Shown here: positions 60,505 through 64,000 of the stretch, in pieces
Numbering within the stretch: position 1 is the first letter of the stretch
How the letters are laid out: each line of letters starts with the position of its first letter
Source of the DNA: an uncultured bacterium
GTDB taxonomy: Bacteria > Verrucomicrobiota > Verrucomicrobiia > Limisphaerales > UBA8199
Direction: 5' to 3'
Length of the DNA stretch: 64,000 nt
NCBI GenBank assembly: GCA_963749495.1
Contig: CAVVMW010000014.1
Coordinates: 32,001-96,000, forward strand
Program-made: the position numbers and the translations under genes
Notes under the pieces: model-generated
Told to the model about the DNA's origin: nothing
The model's input: only the letters and a program-made list of their open reading frames with translations
Database searches by the model: none

Positions 60505-62801
60505 GCTTTGTCACGGGGCTGGTGGACCACCCGCTGGCGCAGCGTGTGGGGTGGGTTTTGTTGCACTCGATCTGGCAGGGTGCCGTGGCGGGGGCGGCCT
60601 TTGGGCTGGCGCGGCACGGGTTGCGGCGGCGGTCGGCCCAGGCGCGGTACGCGGCGGGGTGCCTGGCGTTGGCGCTGCTGGCGGCGGGACCGCTGGCGAC
60701 GGTGGTCCTGTGGCCGGCGCTGGCGCCGCCGGGGCAGAGCGGTCTGGCCGCCCAGGGGGCGGCGGGATTATCGGCGCTGGTTTCAGGCCCGGCCCGCGCC
60801 GCCGCCTCGATCGGGGACGGCACTGATTCGCTGTTGCGGCTGGGAGCGGAGTGGTGCTGGCGGCTGTCGCCCTGGGTTGCGGCGGCGTGGGCGCTGGGGG
60901 TAGCGGTGTGCGTGGTCAGACTGCTGCGCGGTTGCCTGTGGGCGAGGCGCATTCGGTCGAGGCAGACGGAGACGGTTGGGCCGGCATGGGTTGGGGTCGT
61001 GGACGACCTGCGGCTTCGGCTGCGGATCAGCCAGCCGGTGCGGTTGCTCAAATCGGCGCTTGTGGAAGTGCCGACGGTCATCGGGTGGCTCAGGCCGGTC
61101 ATCCTGCTGCCGGCGGCGGCCTTGAGCGGGCTGGCGCCGGAGCAACTGGAGGCCATCCTGGCGCACGAACTGGCCCACGTCCGCCGGTTCGATTACCTGG
61201 TCAACGCCTGCCAGTGCATCATCGAGACCCTGATGTTCTATCATCCGGCCGTGTGGTGGATTTCGAGTTGCGTGCGGGAGGAGCGGGAGAACTGCTGCGA
61301 TGATTTGGTCGTGCAGGTCTGCTCGAACCGGGTGGCCTACGCCCGCGCCCTGGCGAGCCTGGCCGAATCCAGCACCGGGCTGACGGGATTGGCCTTCGCG
61401 GCGAGCGGGGCGCCGCTGCTCACTCGCATCCGCCGTTTGCTCGGCGTCGAGGGCGAAACCTGCGCCTTCACGACCCGTCAACTGACGGGTCTGGGCCTGT
61501 TGACCCTCGGCCTGCCGCTTATCCTTGCCGGCGTGTGCCTGCTGCTCAGCACTTCCTCGTTTCGGGCCACGGCGCGCATCCGCATAGACCGGGACGCTGC
61601 GGACGGGGCGACGGCGCCCGGAACGAAGGACAACGCCGCTTCTTATGACCCTTACTTTGTTCAAACCGAATTCGAGGTCCTCCAGTCCGAACTGATCCTG
61701 GGCAAGGTGGTTGACGACCTGGGCCTGCGGGAGAAATGGGGCAAGAAATACGCCAACGGCGAGAGGCTCAGCCCCCAGGAGGCCGTCGGGTTGCTCAAGG
61801 GCCATATCTCCTTACGTCCCGTGCGCAACGCGAGGGTCGTCGAAATCCAGGTCTATAGCGAGAAACCCCAAGAGGCCGCCGATCTCGCCAATGCCATCGC
61901 CCTCGCCTACCGCCAATACCGCGTCCAAGCTACGACCCTGCGGGGCAAGGGCGCGGTCGCTGCCCTGATCTTCCAGCTCAAAGAAAAGGAAGCCGAGGTC
62001 GCCGCGGCCCGGACCAACCTGGACTTCCTGCGCCGGACACTCAAGATCCCTGATTCGAGCGCGGGCGAACCCACTGTTGGCCCACTGATCACCGCCGAGT
62101 CACTCCGCCAGATCAACGTCCGGCGCCTCGAGTACGAGGCCGAACTAGCCCAACAAAACTCCCTCGTCGAGCGCCTCAATGCCTTGACACCTGACGAATT
62201 GACCCACGCCCTGCCCACCGTCGTCTCCGGAGAGACCTTGCTGCCCTCACTCCTCGAACAGAAGGGTTTTGCCGACCAAAGACGGCTGGAGCTTGAAAGA
62301 GATTTCGGCAACGACCATCCGGACGTCGTCAAGGCACGCGTCTCGCAAGCCGACCTCCAGACCAAGATCCAGGCACGGGTCCAAGGCATCATGAAAGCCC
62401 TCGATGTCAAGGCCCAAGCCACGGCACAGGGCCTGAACACTTTCAGCAACCTGGTGGAAGAGGCCAAGTTGGAGGACATTAAGAAGGCCAACGAAAGCCA
62501 GTCCTACTTCGACGCCAAACGCAAGCTCGACGAACTCCTGACGTTCCGTGGCATGCTCGAAACCAAGATCGGCCTGGAGAACGTGGACTTGGCACTGCCC
62601 AAGACGCTCATGGTGACCCTCATCGACTACGCGGTTCCGGCCCGGCATCCCATCTCGCCCAACCGTGTGCTGGCCCTCACGCTCATCGGCTCGGGACTTC
62701 TCCTGGACCTGGCTGGCGCCCTGCTGTTGCGCGCCAGGCCCCGGCCAGGCTTGGCAGATACTTGCGGCCCAACGGGTCGCCAGAACTTAGCCCAGGGCTG
62801 A
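60501..62801 (+). CDS. M56 (BlaR1-like) metallopeptidase fused to a Wzz/GumC-like domain
   Basis: LAHELAHVRR, ERENCCDD; then TM, FRATARI, TEFEVLQSELILGKVV, coiled coil, HPDV, PISPN and a final TM. Confidence 0.88.
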   Translation: MSFVTGLVDHPLAQRVGWVLLHSIWQGAVAGAAFGLARHGLRRRSAQARYAAGCLALALLAAGPLATVVLWPALAPPGQSGLAAQGAAGLSALVSGPARAAASIGDGTDSLLRLGAEWCWRLSPWVAAAWALGVAVCVVRLLRGCLWARRIRSRQTETVGPAWVGVVDDLRLRLRISQPVRLLKSALVEVPTVIGWLRPVILLPAAALSGLAPEQLEAILAHELAHVRRFDYLVNACQCIIETLMFYHPAVWWISSCVREERENCCDDLVVQVCSNRVAYARALASLAESSTGLTGLAFAASGAPLLTRIRRLLGVEGETCAFTTRQLTGLGLLTLGLPLILAGVCLLLSTSSFRATARIRIDRDAADGATAPGTKDNAASYDPYFVQTEFEVLQSELILGKVVDDLGLREKWGKKYANGERLSPQEAVGLLKGHISLRPVRNARVVEIQVYSEKPQEAADLANAIALAYRQYRVQATTLRGKGAVAALIFQLKEKEAEVAAARTNLDFLRRTLKIPDSSAGEPTVGPLITAESLRQINVRRLEYEAELAQQNSLVERLNALTPDELTHALPTVVSGETLLPSLLEQKGFADQRRLELERDFGNDHPDVVKARVSQADLQTKIQARVQGIMKALDVKAQATAQGLNTFSNLVEEAKLEDIKKANESQSYFDAKRKLDELLTFRGMLETKIGLENVDLALPKTLMVTLIDYAVPARHPISPNRVLALTLIGSGLLLDLAGALLLRARPRPGLADTCGPTGRQNLAQG

Positions 62802-63610
62802 GGCCGCCAGGCCGATGCCCTGGGAACATGCCCCCGGAAGATTAGGCGCGCCCTGAAAGATTTCCCCAAACGAATTCGCGCTTTGCGCCCCTGAACCTCG
62901 ACGTTGCGTCCCCGTCCCGCGTAGCGTTTTGGACTGCGGCAGTCCTCTGCCGCTTTTGTGTCCCCTCGCTGGCGACGCGAAAGCGGCAGAGGACTGCCGC
63001 AGTCCAAAACCTTCGGAGTTGGTGTCGGTTCCTGGGGTGGGCGCCAGAGTGCTCTGGCGCCCCTTCAGGGCGCGCGCTCCGCGTTTGTGGCGAAACCCAG
63101 GGCATCGGCCTGGCGGCCTCAGCCCTGGGCTAGGCTCTGCCGGCCCTTTGGGCCGGTGCGCGGACGGCGGCGTCCGTGTCCGAGGCCATCTGGCACAAGG
63201 CAGGCAAGGCGGACTCGATAATGTCAAGAGGCGGTTGCAGGATTAACCGCAAAGAACGCAAAGAACGCAAAGAAACGCCTTCATTCCAGGCTCTTTGTGT
63301 TCTCTGCGATCCTTGCGGTTAATTTCGCCACTGCCTCTAAGTGGTCACGAACCTAAGGAGTTGCTATGCGTATGGAACTGTGGCGAACCCCAGGGCATCG
63401 GCCAACTGCACCGGACCTTGAGCGACCTTCACGACCTTTGTCGCAGCCTTTGTCGAAACCTTTGTCGAAATCGGTCTGAGCTCGACAAAGGTTGCGACAA
63501 AGGCTGCGACAAAGACACCAAAGCCATCCGAAGTCAGGTGCAGTAGGGCATCGGCCTGGCGGCCTCAGCCCTGGGCCAGGCTCTGCCGGTCCGCTGGGCC
63601 GGGGCGCGGA
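62790..63610. repeat. Cluster of several REP-like and inverted-repeat families
   Basis: cccagggcatcggcc..ggcctcagccctggg, ttttggactgcggcag..ctgccgcagtccaaaa, aaccgcaaagaacgc..cttgcggtt. Confidence 0.75.
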
Positions 63611-63683
63611 CGGCGGGTTGCCGCACTAATTTCTGCTGGATTTCCCGGGGCGGAAGACTCACGCTCCGGCCGACGCGGACGAG

Positions 63684-64000
63684 ATGAAACTCGAGCGATT
63701 TGCAGGCAACCCGATTCTCAGCCCGGAGCCGGCGCATCCGTGGGAAGACCTGGCGGTCTTCAACCCGGCGGCGTGGCACGACCCCGAGCAGGGGCAGGTG
63801 CTGCTGCTCTATCGGACTGCCGAATCGGGGCCTGAATACAAGTGCTGGTTCGGGCTGGCCACGAGCCGGGACGGGTTCCATTTCACGCGCGCCGGGGACC
63901 AGCCGTGCCTGGGCCCGAGCATCGAGGGTTACGACGGGGCCACGATCCAGGACCCGCGGATTGTCCGGATGGGGCGCTGGTTTTATGTCACTTACGCGTG
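63684..64000 (+). CDS. GH130-like glycoside phosphorylase/glycosidase (runs off the window end)
   Basis: Manual translation: MKLERFAGNPILSP..WEDLAVFNPAA...LLYR...GLATSRDG...QDPRI...YVTY. Confidence 0.88.
   Translation, partial: MKLERFAGNPILSPEPAHPWEDLAVFNPAAWHDPEQGQVLLLYRTAESGPEYKCWFGLATSRDGFHFTRAGDQPCLGPSIEGYDGATIQDPRIVRMGRWFYVTYA

Noticed and set aside
1..64000. tRNA/rRNA genes, cas6, integrase, reverse transcriptase
   Set aside because: None recognised. Absence of cas6 is normal for type I-C, where Cas5d processes the crRNA.

Overview
GC-rich bacterial DNA. Gene content (AAA_35 STAND pair, lamin-tail/CotH protein, DUF2723-TPR protein, M56 fusion, dense heptamer and REP-like repeats) suggests Verrucomicrobiota/PVC; this is an inference. 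Several genes carry single-base frameshifts that look like long-read indels. Contents in order: ppdK 5' end; two nucleotidyltransferase two-gene modules; an ECF-sigma/anti-sigma-like/CHAT protease operon; a TIR-STAND plus membrane-anchored STAND pair; a Y1 (RAYT-like) HUH transposase with terminal inverted repeats and stacked truncated copies; housekeeping and envelope genes (glycosyltransferases, ClC, pncB, FKBP, purD, GspE, LysR-HlyD-ABC); a type I-C CRISPR-Cas locus (cas3-cas5-cas8c-cas7-cas4-cas1-cas2, 67-repeat array); a CotH protein, a BlaI/M56-Wzz pair and a GH130 5' end. Best leads: (1) a single degenerate repeat plus spacer upstream of cas3 whose spacer matches the predicted cas3 transcription start with mismatches only at positions 6, 12 and 18, a candidate crRNA-like autoregulator with a non-canonical PAM; (2) a DUF3800 gene with its own promoter and a 58-nt three-way-junction RNA plus U-tract, lying between the array and orphan repeats, a candidate RNA-antitoxin/nuclease module; (3) a sigma54-type promoter ahead of an orphan 111-nt rod-like RNA between convergent genes.
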